DNA of 63,890 nucleotides, counting the filler, from Reclinomonas americana ATCC 50394 (taxonomy: Eukaryota), in NCBI GenBank assembly GCA_048213135.1. It is 9 parts of 2 records of this genome, joined end to end, with 100 filler letters (N's around TTAATTAATTAA, not from the genome) between each part and the next. Parts side by side here need not be neighbours in the genome. Positions count along the whole stretch, not along the records: positions 1 to 24,591 come from PS015505.1; positions 24,692 to 29,902 come from PS015505.1; 7 more parts are not named here. One strand, 5' to 3'. The notes under the pieces were generated by a model. It saw nothing but the letters and a program-made list of their open reading frames with translations. It was not told the DNA's origin and searched no databases. Positions 13,601-25,800 of the stretch are shown here, piece by piece. Each line of letters starts with the position of its first letter. The first letter of the stretch is position 1. The position numbers were made by a program, and so were the translations under genes.

Positions 13601-15591
13601 GAACTGCCCGCTAGAGTTGAAACGCCCATCGCCACGGTTCACCAGCTGGACCGAAAGCACGCCGCCGACCTCCGTGCCGCCAACAAGGACACACACCGTG
13701 TACGTATCTGCCAAAGGAAATGAGCACACCACTGACATGAGATAGTGGCCATAGCGAACAAATCTACCTGCCACTGGAGCGCTCGTGGACACCAATGAGA
13801 ACGTGTTACTCGAGATGGGAAGAACGACGCTGGGATCGATGCCAGCATGTGGACAATCCAATCCTGCACCACCACCAAGCAATTAATTGGGCGATTCGCA
13901 GCGAAAATCGAAGCACGTTCACCACACCACACACCTTCGTAGACCGTGGCAACATCTGTGTCGTCGCCGTAGCCACCAACATTGGATAGAGTGATGGCGT
14001 CTGTTCCGCCGGCCGACGGCAGCAGCGTCGGCGAGTACGAATCGTAGAAAACTACGAGTATCATCAATTTGTGATCATGAGTGAGTCATAGGCATTTCGC
14101 CCACCACATGCAAGAGTCGAACCGACAGTGATGGTAGGAGGCGAGGAGAGAACTGCGCCACCATACGGCGTGTAGCACACGTAGTAAGTGCCCGGCGTTT
14201 GCAACCCAACACCACCCACAGTGATCATCATCTTCACATTTGGTCCGGTGGTCTGCAGAACTTTTGTCAGAATGTGATGCACAGAGACATCTGCGTGCTC
14301 TGCAGTAGCAGCACACAACGTGACGCAACGGAGTCGAGAAACTCCTTTCGCGGACCCGTGGCCAGAATGGGCGACACAGTGCAGGACGCATCGGTGCTGA
14401 AATGTACCGTGTCGGTGACTTTCAGACCCACACCGCTCAGCGTCAGCTGTGCGCCAATATCGAATGCGGGAATGCGGGTCGGTTGCACGCTGACCATGGT
14501 AAGTGACGACAAGTCATCTGTGCGCACAGTGGGTCACGTGTCAAAACAGTATGTTGTCGCAGCGCCTCACATCGCCGACGGTGCCATCCAGTAAAAACGC
14601 AACATGCCGACAAAACACCGGATGAGGGGACTTGCACGAGGCTCGAGACGCCGGCGTAAGAGATGCACAAAGCAAAGTCTGTGCGAGCCGACAGTCCGCT
14701 GCCACCCATGTGGACGTGCAGCTCGGTCTGGTGCGATGGAGAATCGATGTATGTTCGATGAGGACAGAGAAGACCACAATGCGCCTGTGCGGCAAGACTC
14801 ACAACACAAACCTCGTGTGGGTTGGTAAACGAGGTCCCCGTCAATGCATCCAGTGCCACGTCCGTGCATGAAGATACCGCGCCAGCAGGCGTCGCAAACA
14901 CCTTGTCGACCGTGTGCAAGTTCGCACCGAAAATCACGATGCGCGCGTACGGATCGTTGGCTCTGATCCCCAGTGGCAGCAGTCCGCTGACAGTGGACGC
15001 ACGCAGACTCCACCCACCGACTCGCCTGTGCGAATGCAGGGAGAGAGAGATCAAAGTCTGTCAGCAACGAGCTTCTGAGAAGCACGTGCATCAATGAATT
15101 TATCCGCTGCGCAACATCTTGACTCCCGTGGCGAACTGATAGCACACGTAGTAGTCTCCGGCTGGCACAGAGTCCGCCAGCACGTAGCGTTCCGTGGACA
15201 CACCAGCAGCACCGTTCACCGCCGGCGTGTCGTCACTCAACGTGACATCGGTTGTCGCACAGCTGGAACTCGTCGACAGAAACACAGTGTCATTGTCGGT
15301 GGCGGTGGCCAGCGAGGAGCCAGTAATGGTGATCTTGTCGGGTGAGTGCGAACTGTCAACACCACCGCGAACCACGGCCGGAGTGAAGAGTTGCACAATG
15401 CCAGTGCGCGCTGGCACAGCCGCAGTCACATGTACAGTGGCGCAACACAGCACGAGCAATAGCACTGTGGCCAATAAGAATGAGTGAGTGCGAGGGAGAG
15501 CGAGCGTGTGCGTGCGTGTGAGTGAGAGAACACCTGCACAAAACAACGTCGAGTGGTTTGAGTAAGTTCGGAAGGACAGTGGCCGCGCCAT
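10603..15591 (-). CDS. Secreted multidomain L-type lectin protein, copy B
   Basis: Near-identical exon series to copy A with a different N-terminus (MARPLSFRTY..VLLLVLCCATVHVTAAVPAR) and the same terminal exon GCVGY*. Part of the lectin domain falls in the gap 11480-11845. Confidence 0.78.
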
Positions 15592-15761
15592 CTCGCGAAC
15601 TCAGAGGTGGCAGTGTGCCGAAGAGCAGTGCGCGAGTGAGTGTGCGTGTGTGGGCACAGGTGTTCTCAAGCCAGTCTGCGTGTTATGTGGTGACTAATTG
15701 TCCTGTACTTCAGAGTCCCCCGCCTCTGCTGCGACGGTCGTGTGTGTGTGTGTGCAGCCGC

Positions 15762-18235
15762 ATGTCGTCCCTGTACTACCTCCTCGAGGCCCTTGGGTTG
15801 CGTCCAGGCACAAACAACAACACAGCACACACATTCTCTGTCAAACAAAATGAAGATGGCCATCGCCACGATCCTCTCTCTTTCTTCCCCCTCACTGCCC
15901 TCGTTGCACCCTGCACATTCTCCCCTTCTCTCTCGGTGCCTTATATGCGGGCGCACAGGCTGGAGGATCGCAAGACTGCGGCCAATTCATCCAACTCGAC
16001 CTCGTCTTCCTCGTCCACCTCCTCCTCGACTCTCCCCGTCTTCCCTGCCGCACTGTCGACACGCGACAAGGCCAATCTCATTGATGTGGAAGAGGCGGGT
16101 CGTCTGGCCATCTATCGAGGTCAGTCTGTGTTGTCTCTCTGTTTCGCGCGCGCGCGTCTTGTCCTTTGCCTCACTCTCTCTCTCTCTCTTTCTTGTCTTG
16201 GAAAGGAGCGGGCATTGGAACGCGTGACTGCGCGTGCGTACGCTCCACTCATCCGGTGCCGCTCACCTGCGGAATCTATTATTTCGAGGTCAAGATTGTC
16301 AGTCGCGGCCGTCTTCCGTTGCGCTTGCTCTCTCTCGCCCTCGCTCTCTTGCCCTGGTCGCACACTAAAGTCTATGTTGTATTGCAGGTTGATTGGTATC
16401 GGTCTGTGCAGTCGCACTGTGCAGCTTAACAAGCAGCCGGGATGGGAGCAGCATTCGTATGGCTATCACGGAGACGATGGACGCAAATTCTGGTCCGTGT
16501 TTGTCGTTGTTGCTTCTTCTTGTGTGGTGTCGACTCACTCGGCGTGCAGTTCGTCGGGGCGTGGTACCGAGTATGGTCCCACGTGGAACACGGGCGACAC
16601 GATCGGCTGCCTGGTGAACTTTATCACTCGCACCATTGCGTACACGCGGAACGGGAAGCACTTGGGTACGGCAGCAGCGAGCCAGCCTGTGGGTCTATGC
16701 GTGGTGGAGCTGACCAAATTCGTTGTGCTCCCTGTCTCTCTCGCTCTCTTCCCCGCCTGCCGCAGGTGTGGCCTTTGAGGCGTTCTCGGAGGAGTTGTAT
16801 GTGGCGATTGGCATGAACTCGGCCGGTGCTGTGGTGCAGCTGAACTTTGGACAGGAACCATTCGTGTTCAACCTCAAGAACTATGTCGATGTTGAGTCTA
16901 TCTTTCTGTCTCTGTGTATGTGTGTAGATTCGACGCCGACTGACGACCGTCGCAGGAGGCGCGCGGCAATCTAATGGCAGAAATCGAGTGCATTTCACTC
17001 GCAGATATGGCGACCCCGCCACCTCCAGCATCATCGTCTTCTGCCGCCACCGCCGCCTCTGCCTCCGACTTGTCAGCATCCGCATCGGCAATGCAGGTGG
17101 ATGAGCCACTGGCACCGCCCTTTACGCCGCCGCCACCACTGTCCGACGGTCCTCCATCTGGCTCATCGGCTGCCGCCGGAGCAACGCCAACCGTCTCCGC
17201 CGCCATGCACTCGCTGATTCTCGGCTACCTCATCCATCAGGGCTACCCGCAGACCGCCAGCGTATTCGCTCGAGCGTGCAACAGCAGCAGCACCAGTGAG
17301 CTGCTGGAGCATCTGCACTCGATTGAGCACCGACAAGGCATGTTTGTGTCTTCTTCTTGGTCGCCGTCGACGCCGCCTCGTAACTGACTGTCTGTTCGTG
17401 TGTTGCAGCCATTCGGGATCACATTCTGAACGACCGTGTCGACGAGGCACTGGAGCTGTTGCAGCAGCTGTATCCGCGCATTGTGGAGACGCGCACGGAT
17501 TTGATTCTTCGTCTGCGGTGTCAAGTGTTTATTCGCTTTCTGCGTGATTTCCACGAACGTGGTGACCAGGTTCGGTGCACCACCCATCGCTTGTCATTAT
17601 CGGCAGTCCAACTGAATGGTGGTGGTGGTACGCGCGCGCAGTCGCTGCAATTGCGCGCTCTGGCCTACGGTCGGGAGTATTTCAGCGACTGGTCGCGCTT
17701 CTCTGACGAAGACCAGGAGCACCTGAAGAATGTTCTGTCGCTGATCGGCTACAAGAATCTGTACGACAACCCCATGCGACACTTGCTGGAGCCAGTGGAG
17801 CTGATCGAGCTGGCCAACGCCGTGAATGCGGCCATTTGTGGTTTGTCAGGAGGTCCTCCCACTCACGCATGTCCGGTGTACTCAACTGCGTGTTGTGTGC
17901 TTGCGCAGTATCGCTGTGGCAGGCACCAGTGAGCCCATTAGAACAGCTGATTCGCCAAATGTTTGTGACGGTCGACACGTTGGGTCGGAAACCGTTCATG
18001 CAGCTGCAGCATGAAAAGTGGGCGGCGTCGGTGTGTGATCTCACCACCATGCAATGTGCTGTTCGTCACACATGCTTCTCTGACAGCCACTCCACAGGTG
18101 GCGTTGTTGCCACACCGGCAAATCATTACTGGTCGCCAGCCGGAGCCATCATCGTCGCCACCACCACCACTGGTGGCGCCCCCCATTTCGCAAATCTTCC
18201 GCAGTCGTTCCAGCGACGCCATGTGTGAGTCGTGA
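15762..18235 (+). CDS. RANBP9: Ran-binding protein 9/10 (RanBPM/GID1-like; SPRY-LisH-CTLH-CRA); 3' end uncertain
   Basis: SPRY motifs [59 protein letters not shown]; Lis[73 protein letters not shown]. Confidence 0.9.
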
Positions 18236-18297
18236 GAAGGCACGGCTCCGGGCAGCGCCTGCTTGCACAATTTGTTTGCACGCGTGTCAGACTGTAG

Positions 18298-19248
18298 GGG
18301 GGAGAATGTGATGAAGGAGAGGAGCGGAAGTGAGGACACGAGAAAGACGTGGGTCCCGCGCGCACACCAGCGTGGTCTGCCAATGACACTGGTTGGTGCA
18401 GAGCGGGTGTGCTGACACGCTCTCCTGTTGTGTGTTGCAGCCGAGGGTTCCGACGAAGAAAGCAGATGGCTCGCTTACGAAGGGCACGTGTGGTGCGTGA
18501 TGCATTGTCGTCTCGTGTGGGAACGGTGCACTGATGTTGTTGTGTTGCAGGGATGCTGCACGGCGATACGCTGGTCCCCGTTCACAAGTTGCGTGCGGCT
18601 CTGTTGCTCGATGATTTTTTCGTCCGTATACTGACACTTTACTGCCGACCTGTCAGTCTCCACGGCAAGCTCGTTCGAGCATGCAAGCGCAGAGTCTCTC
18701 GATGGGCGCGCAAAGTGGCACTCATGGCCTGCTGGCCCGACTGTTTGAGCGACTGCCCCGTCATCCGCTGGCCGACAGTGCGTCTTGTGTTGCTGTTGAC
18801 GCCCTTTCCTGCATTCTTTGCCGCGTGACTAACAGTTCAACTCTTTGTTGCCACCCGTGCAGACTCCGCGGGAAGGTATCCCCCGCATACGCGCTACGTT
18901 TGGAGTGTACATGTTGTGTGTGTGTGTCACTCATGGGCGTGGCGCGTGTGATGCAGGAGATTATACCCGCCGGATGCCGAAGCAGAAGGAGCGGAGGAGG
19001 GAGGTGCGGCTGGCCCGCGCGCTCCTGCTGGACGTGGCGGAGGCGGAGGCGGAGGCGGCGGCGGCGGCGAAGGAGGTGCTGCGAGTGGCAGCAGCTCAAG
19101 CAGTGTGACATCGCGCATTGTGCGTATGATTTTCGGTCGAGGTGGTGGCAGTGAGGCTGGCGGTGGCGGAGCTGGTGGTGCTGGTGGAGCTGGCGGCGGT
19201 GATGGCGATGACGAATTCATGGAGGGCGACGATGCCCACTGGATATAA
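18298..19248 (+). CDS. Multi-exon hypothetical protein or RanBP 3' extension; reading frame unresolved
   Basis: Plus-strand intron-like segments (e.g. 18588-18656, 18905-18955) and a Gly-rich frame ending DEFMEGDDAHWI-TAA. I could not build one unambiguous model. Confidence 0.3.
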
Positions 19249-19349
19249 TGCACGCAGTAACAATGTCACGACAATTTTTTGTTACAACAGTGTTCTTTAA
19301 TTTGCGGTATTGGCGATTCCAAAAGAAACATAGGACAGGCGGCTAACTC

Positions 19350-22300
19350 TCACACGCCAATGGCATACAACTGCGCACGTTGGGGGGTGAGGGACATGTC
19401 AGCGACGACAACATATCGAGAAGCACTTTCCACTGTTGCAAACCTCGGCCACATTGCGCACACGATTCGCGGCTTCAGCGAGGCATTCTCGGCCTCGCGG
19501 TTGCCGCATGGGGAGCGCCCGGGCGGCCGGAGCAAAATTGTCTACGAGGTTGGGGTCCGACATGGAGCGAGCGAGCCGTGCTTGTATCAACACACTCGGC
19601 GGCGCAGAGGGTCTCGTTCCACGCGACCGTGACTGTGAGGCTCTGTACTCGTTGGCGGTCTCTACCGGCGTTGCACTGCGACCTTGTGCCACGAGCCCCT
19701 CGGCCATGGCACTTGGCGGCTGTACAAACCCCCTCCGAGGCGGCCGTCGTTCTTGCATCGACGGCGGTGGCGGAGGAGCCGGATGTGTGTCGATCCAAGA
19801 CTCGGACGACAGCGGTGACGGCTGTATCCTGGCGGCGACAGTAGCAGCAGCGCGCAACGACATCTGCGGTCGCGTTCATGTCAGAGGGCGGAGAGCGACA
19901 AGGAGCTTGTGGTGCGCACGCAGTGAGGCACACGTAACAATCTCTTGGGCTCGTCGATTGAGCGAGTCATTCACCGTCTGCTGTGTGCGTGGACTGACCG
20001 CGCGTGCTGGTGGCTGCGAAGGTGGTGGTGCCGGCTTGCGTGCACTCATCATAGGCGCCGCTGCATCTCCCAAGTACACGCCAGCCGCCCTCTGTACAGA
20101 CCGCGAGTTGAGCGCGGCCGGCGGAAGTTGCCGCAGTGGCTGCCGTGGCTGCGACGACGGCCGACCGGAGTCACTGCTGCAGCGACAGAAGGGCAGCAGG
20201 AGAAAGCATGTTGGCCACGGACACTTTTGCATCTCAATAAAACACTCGTTCCGCCTCCAACTCACCTGACAGACGGCGATCGTCGTTGCTGACGCACACT
20301 GCTGGTCGGAATGGCGCTCCGCAACGGCGAGATCTTGTGCACCGTCAGGATGGCCCTGGCGGGCGACACACCCTGCGCCGCAGTTGACGCCGTTGATCTC
20401 GCCGATGTCGGCTGTGGTGCAACCGTCGTTGGCGCCACTGGTGCAGACGGAGCCGGCGGCAGTGGTGCGGGATTCACGGGGGCAAAGAGTAGATCGGAGC
20501 GCCGTGGCGATGCAAATCGCCGAGATGGCAACTGCTGTTGTTGCAGTTGCTGCGCCGCCGCCACCGCAGCGACCAAATTCATGGTCACTGGCGATGGAGG
20601 TCGGCGCTGTCGCATGGAAACAACGTTGCTGGACTCGCTGTCGGAGGGCGTGCTGGCCACCGAGCAAATCGACATGGACTGGCGAATCGGTGGCGACTCC
20701 ACTTTCGGGAGGCGCACGTGGTCGACCGACTTGGGCGACTGGGTGGGTGTGCGGGTGGCGAGCACAGAGGTGGCGCCGGGAGACGGCGGTAGGGTGGGGA
20801 TTGACGATGAAGACATGCAGCGATGCAGTGTGCGCGACGAAGCTGCGGGGGCGACCGGTGGATCCGTCATGGCCGCGATCAGCCGCATGGTCTCGGCGAC
20901 CTCCACATAGTCCTCCTCGTCTTCGTCGCCCTCGTCGACGATACGCATCGCCTCGTCCAACTCGCCCACATCCGTGTCCGTGCCGGCGTCCGAGCCAGTG
21001 TACGCTCCCGACGACGTGGTGTAATGCGAGCGTGCCGACGACGATGACCGCGAGGAGGGCCCTCGCGACGAAGCCGTCGAAGGCGCACGTGGTGGTCTCG
21101 TTGACGCATTTCTTCGCACCGGCGACAGCGCCAGCAGCAGGTCTGCCTCCACGGCTGCAGAATGCCGCCGGCGGCGTCCCACTTCGTCTTCTTCGTCATC
21201 ATCATCATCATAATCGTCGTCGCCGTCGTCGTCGTCGTCGTCGCCATCACCATCACCATCTTCGTTGCCGACGCTGCGTGCCGAGGACGACGAGACGCGA
21301 TCGACGCGCGGCGATGGCCGTTGTGACAGGGAGCGCGCCGACGACGAGCCGGAGCGCTGCGAGTTGGCACTGGCGACGGAACGTGACCGCGGTCGCGCTA
21401 GCGTGGACACTCTGCACGTTTTCCCCATTTGCAGTGAGCGCACGACGACAATGGAGAGCATGAATAGAGGACAGCACTCACAATTGTGAATCGGACGGCA
21501 TGACTCGCGTCGCTGCCGTGGCCGTCATGCCCATCGGCAACGTGATGAGCATGGGAGCGGACGGAACCACGTCGGCGTCCATGACGAGCGGCGCCATCGG
21601 CACCGACTGCCGTCGCTTCTTCTTGCGCTTGCCCGACTTCTTCGCCGAGTCGGTGGGTGGCGACTTGCCGCCGGCTCCGCCGGAGGAAGGCGAGCCGTTT
21701 TTCGACTTTTTCTTCTTGCTCTTGCCCTTGCTCTTCTTCGCCTGCTGCCGACGCCGCACGGGCGAACTCGACAGCAAACCGAGACGTTCGGGGTACGCGC
21801 CGAGGTAGATGCGATCGGTGCGGTACCACGAGTGGAACGGGCAGTGCGACTCGCACACGCCGTCCAACCACGTATCAATCGAGCAGTAATACCACACAAT
21901 ATCATAGTACGACTGGCTGACGAACTTGTACGTGTCGTGGATGGAGACGTAGCCGCGCTGATTGCGCGCTCCTGCACCACAGGCGTGAGCAGCAAGCGAG
22001 TGAGCGAGTGGAAGAGAGAGAGAGAGCGAGGCAGACACAGACCAATCGTCTTCTCGCCATCGCCGAGAAAGATCTCCACGTGTGTCATATTATGATGCTG
22101 CTTGCGCCGCTTCTCGGGCTCATAGAAGGTGCCGGAGTAAAAAATGAGATCGCCCGGCTCCAGCTCCTCCACTCGCTTCCGCCGAATCGGCAACGTGTCG
22201 AACTGATAGGCCTGATTCCAGCGACCAAGCACAAAGCCAAAGTCGGCCGCCAGATCGTGCATCACACGACGCACAAGTCCGCAACAGTCGAGAAAGAGTG

Positions 22301-22764
22301 GGCTGTTGTACTCGACACCTTTTTGCAAGGGAAAAAACAATGGAAAAGGGGTAAGCTGGAGCGCATTCGGAACAAACACACACACAACAGGAGAAAACTG
22401 GTTCACGCACGCACGCACACAGAGAGCACAAACCAGGCACACAAACAGAGCGCGTGTGTGTGTGTGAGAGAGAGAAAGAGAGAGGTGAGAGCAAGTGCAT
22501 GTGTGGAGGAATATGCCAAGGCACTTTCACGTGCGTGAGAGTGTTTCTCTTCTCATTTCACTCTCTGCCTCTGTGTGTGCGTGTTAGTGTATGTGAGAGC
22601 GAGCTTACTCAACTTCCCTTGTCCCAGAAGCGCTGCTTGTATGGCACTCCGAGGTACGACTTGGCCGTCTCAATCACCTTTTGTCGCAGACACTGTCGTC
22701 GTGCGAGCTCCACTGCAGAGAGTGCCTTGCTGCCACTACTGCTGCCTCCCTCCTCACGAGGCAT
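19350..22764 (-). CDS. NlpC/P60 (papain-like Cys peptidase) domain protein with long low-complexity C-terminus
   Basis: Spliced N-terminus: LRQKVIETAKSYLGVPY..SPLFLDCCGLVRRV..LEPGDLIFY..MTHVEIFLGDG, matching the NlpC/P60 pattern (G.PY, DC.GLV, PGDL.F, H.GI). Followed by Lys-rich and Ser/Arg/Pro-rich exons; ends LYAIGV*. Confidence 0.8.
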
Positions 22765-22881
22765 GACACTCACTCACACAACAAACGCACACAAATACTC
22801 TCTCTCTGCAACGTACAATTGCAACAGTGTGTGCAACGTCCATGAATTTTCAAGCATTGTACGAGAAAAGTCGTGAAAGAG

Positions 22882-25800
22882 ATGGAGGTCGAGCGGGTGC
22901 TTGATATGGGCGAGATGGGTCGCAAGGCGGTGTATCCTGTGCGCTCGCTGGCCTACAGTCACACCACGGAGACGCTTTTCACTGGCTATGAAGGTCTGAT
23001 CGCTTTCTCTGTTGTTTGTGTTCATTGTCGCGCGCTCGTACTCACGTGTGTGTAAGATGGCTATGTTCGCTCGTGGAAGGTCAACCAGGGGCGTGTGGAT
23101 CGCGTGTACTGTGGGCACACGGGATGGGTGACGGGATTGTTGTGTCAGTTGAGTGATCGCTCTCACACGCGCGCGCGCTCTCTCTCTCTGTGCGCTGACT
23201 CTGTGGTATATACAGTGAGGATCTGGGCGTGCTGTTCTCCTGTTCGGTGGATAACTCGATCTGCATGTGGGGTCGATTGGCCTCGATCTTGCAGATTGAA
23301 AAGGTGAGGGGTGTTTCTCAGCAGTTTCGATTGCGTGTGTGTCTTACTGTGTGGCGCAGGTCCGACAACCGCTGTATACTATGGTGTGGAACGAGCACAG
23401 AGCACACTTGCTGGTGGGCTCGATTGGTAATCTGGAGGTGTGTGCGTGTGTCCGATTCGCACATACCGCTCGGTAAGAAGAGGGAGAGCTCCACCTCACC
23501 TCCACCCATCACAGGTGTATCGTGTGGTGATGCGTCCGCGGCACAAGGGCGATCCGTTTGGTGGAGTCAACACGCCACTACAGCCTGGCATGGCTTCGGC
23601 CACTGGCAGCGCGCAGGGCATGGTCGACATGTCGACTGCTGGTGGTGCTGCAGGTGGTGACACGGATGGGGCGTCGTCGGTCAGTGGAGGTGGTACAGAT
23701 GCGCTGCCGGATGCCGCCTCCAACGGAGAGACCATGTCGGGCACGAAGCAGAGCCTGCTGTTCTTGGAGCATGTGGATACGCTGGAGGGTCACAGTGACA
23801 TTGTGTCGTCGCTCTTTGTGTGCGACGAATCGGTGTACTCGGCAAGCTACGACGGCACCGTGGTCATTCGTGACGCCAGCAACTACAAGCCACTGCGCGT
23901 CCTCACCGACTGCGGGGGTGCCATTGTGCAAATGGGCATGTTGGAGGCGCAGCGCTCGTTCTACACCGCCAACTTTCAGGTGCGACGCGGGGGTGTGTGC
24001 TGTTGTTAATTATGTGTGTGTGCGTCGTCTGACTTTGTATGCCGCAAGTCCGAGATGCGTATCTGGTCCACCAAGAGCTCGTCGACCGATATCGTCTCCG
24101 GCATTCGCGACACCATTTCATCGGTGGCCGTCTCCCACACCACCTCCACCATGTGGTTGGCCACGGGCCAGCAGGTGCCGTTCGTGATTAGCAGCAACAC
24201 TCGGCGGGCCATGACGGAGCACATGGGAACGAACTTTCGACCACCTCCCTCCCACCGTGTGTGCCGTCTGCTGACGCTGCCGACGGGCTTTCGCGGTGAA
24301 AGCACAGAGCGCATCATTGGAGGTTTGTTTAATTACAAAGAATTAAGGCAGTGATCGATTGTGTGCATGCCACTCATTGTCGGGATGCAGGATGCACCAA
24401 TGGCGACGTCATTGTGTGGCGCTACAACTTCCAGGCCTGCACGGCTGTGCTGGGACGGCACGACGACTCGGTGGAGGAGATGGTGTATCGGGTGGAGATG
24501 TCGGCATTACAGCCGCAGGTGGTGATCTTCAGCTGCAGTGGCGACGGCACCATTCGCAAGTGGCTCACCAACGTCGGCTCGACGGACAATTNNNNNNNNN
24601 NNNNNNNNNNNNNNNNNNNNNNNNNNNNNNNNNNNTTAATTAATTAANNNNNNNNNNNNNNNNNNNNNNNNNNNNNNNNNNNNNNNNNNNNCGGACGCCA
24701 CCATGCGCGTGTGGGACACGCGAGTGTTGCGTGATTTTCCGATCCAGACTGTCAAGGGCGATCCCACACAGCCATTCCAAGGGTGTGTTCATCAGCAACG
24801 AGGGATAGGATCCTTCTGCCTTCTGCCTTGCCTTGCCTGACTGCGTGACATACACAGCATGGCATTCGACGAGAAACACAGTCGGGCGGCGACATGGAGC
24901 AACGACGAAACAATTACGCTGTGGGACTTTGTGGTCGGTCGTCGCTTGCGCCGCCTGGACGGGCACCTGGCGCCCATTGCACGTGTGTGCTATGTGCCGC
25001 ACTGCGACAAGTGGGCCAGCATTGCGCACGATCATGCAGTGCGACTGTGGGACGACAGCGGTGTCTGTGTGGCGATGCGCGAGTACCCCAACGACTTCCT
25101 CACCTCCATGTCCATGCTGGACGAGGTGCAACTGCTTATTGTGGCCTCCGTACGCAACCGCGTGCTCGGCTTGCATGTGACACCAGACGGACAGCTACGG
25201 GAGTTTGCCGACTTTGTGGCCTCCGAGGGCAGTTTCCGCACCGTGATTTACATTCGCGAGATGAAGATGGTTGGTTGTCATTCTCAACTTCGAGGTGCCC
25301 GCCCACCCTTGACTCACCCATGACGTGAATCTTAATCATACATGCAGCTGCTGGTCGGTGCCGATGATGGTGGTCTGCGCACCTGGCGTCTCGACAATCC
25401 AGTCGACCCGCCGTACGGTGAGCCACGAGAAGCATGCCTTGCTTGCTAGTTTCCCTCTTGTAGTGACGCTGAAGAGTGTGTGTTCGGTGCGACGCAGCCT
25501 ACTACTCTTCCGCACTCGGCATTTATTCGCGGACCGGCCTGTTTGTGGTCAATGTGCGTTCTGCTCACCTCTTGGCATTGTGGTGTGGTGTGGTGTGATG
25601 TGCACGCTCACATTGTTGTTGTGACACAGGATACGGAGTTTGTGGAGGCTGCGGCAGCCTCGACGGATATCGACACGAATCGTCGATACTCGCAGAGCAT
25701 GACCCAGCATGAGCAGGAGCAACTGGCCGCCCTCACGATTGTCGGTCGACAGTCGTCCAAAAAGGACCTCTCGCGTTCCATGGCCGTCATCGACGGCTTG

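Larger units (their letters stand above)
3075..16260. repeat. Tandem segmental duplication (unit A ~3075-10366, unit B ~10555-16260)
   Basis: Long collinear near-identity, e.g. 3090-3980 vs 10570-11450 and 5970-9500 vs 11846-15420, including introns. Confidence 0.92.

Noticed and set aside
24636..24647. Recurrent TTAATTAATTAA (PacI-like, or piggyBac TTAA-like)
   Set aside because: Always centred in exactly 44+44 Ns, so it is an assembly spacer, not biology.
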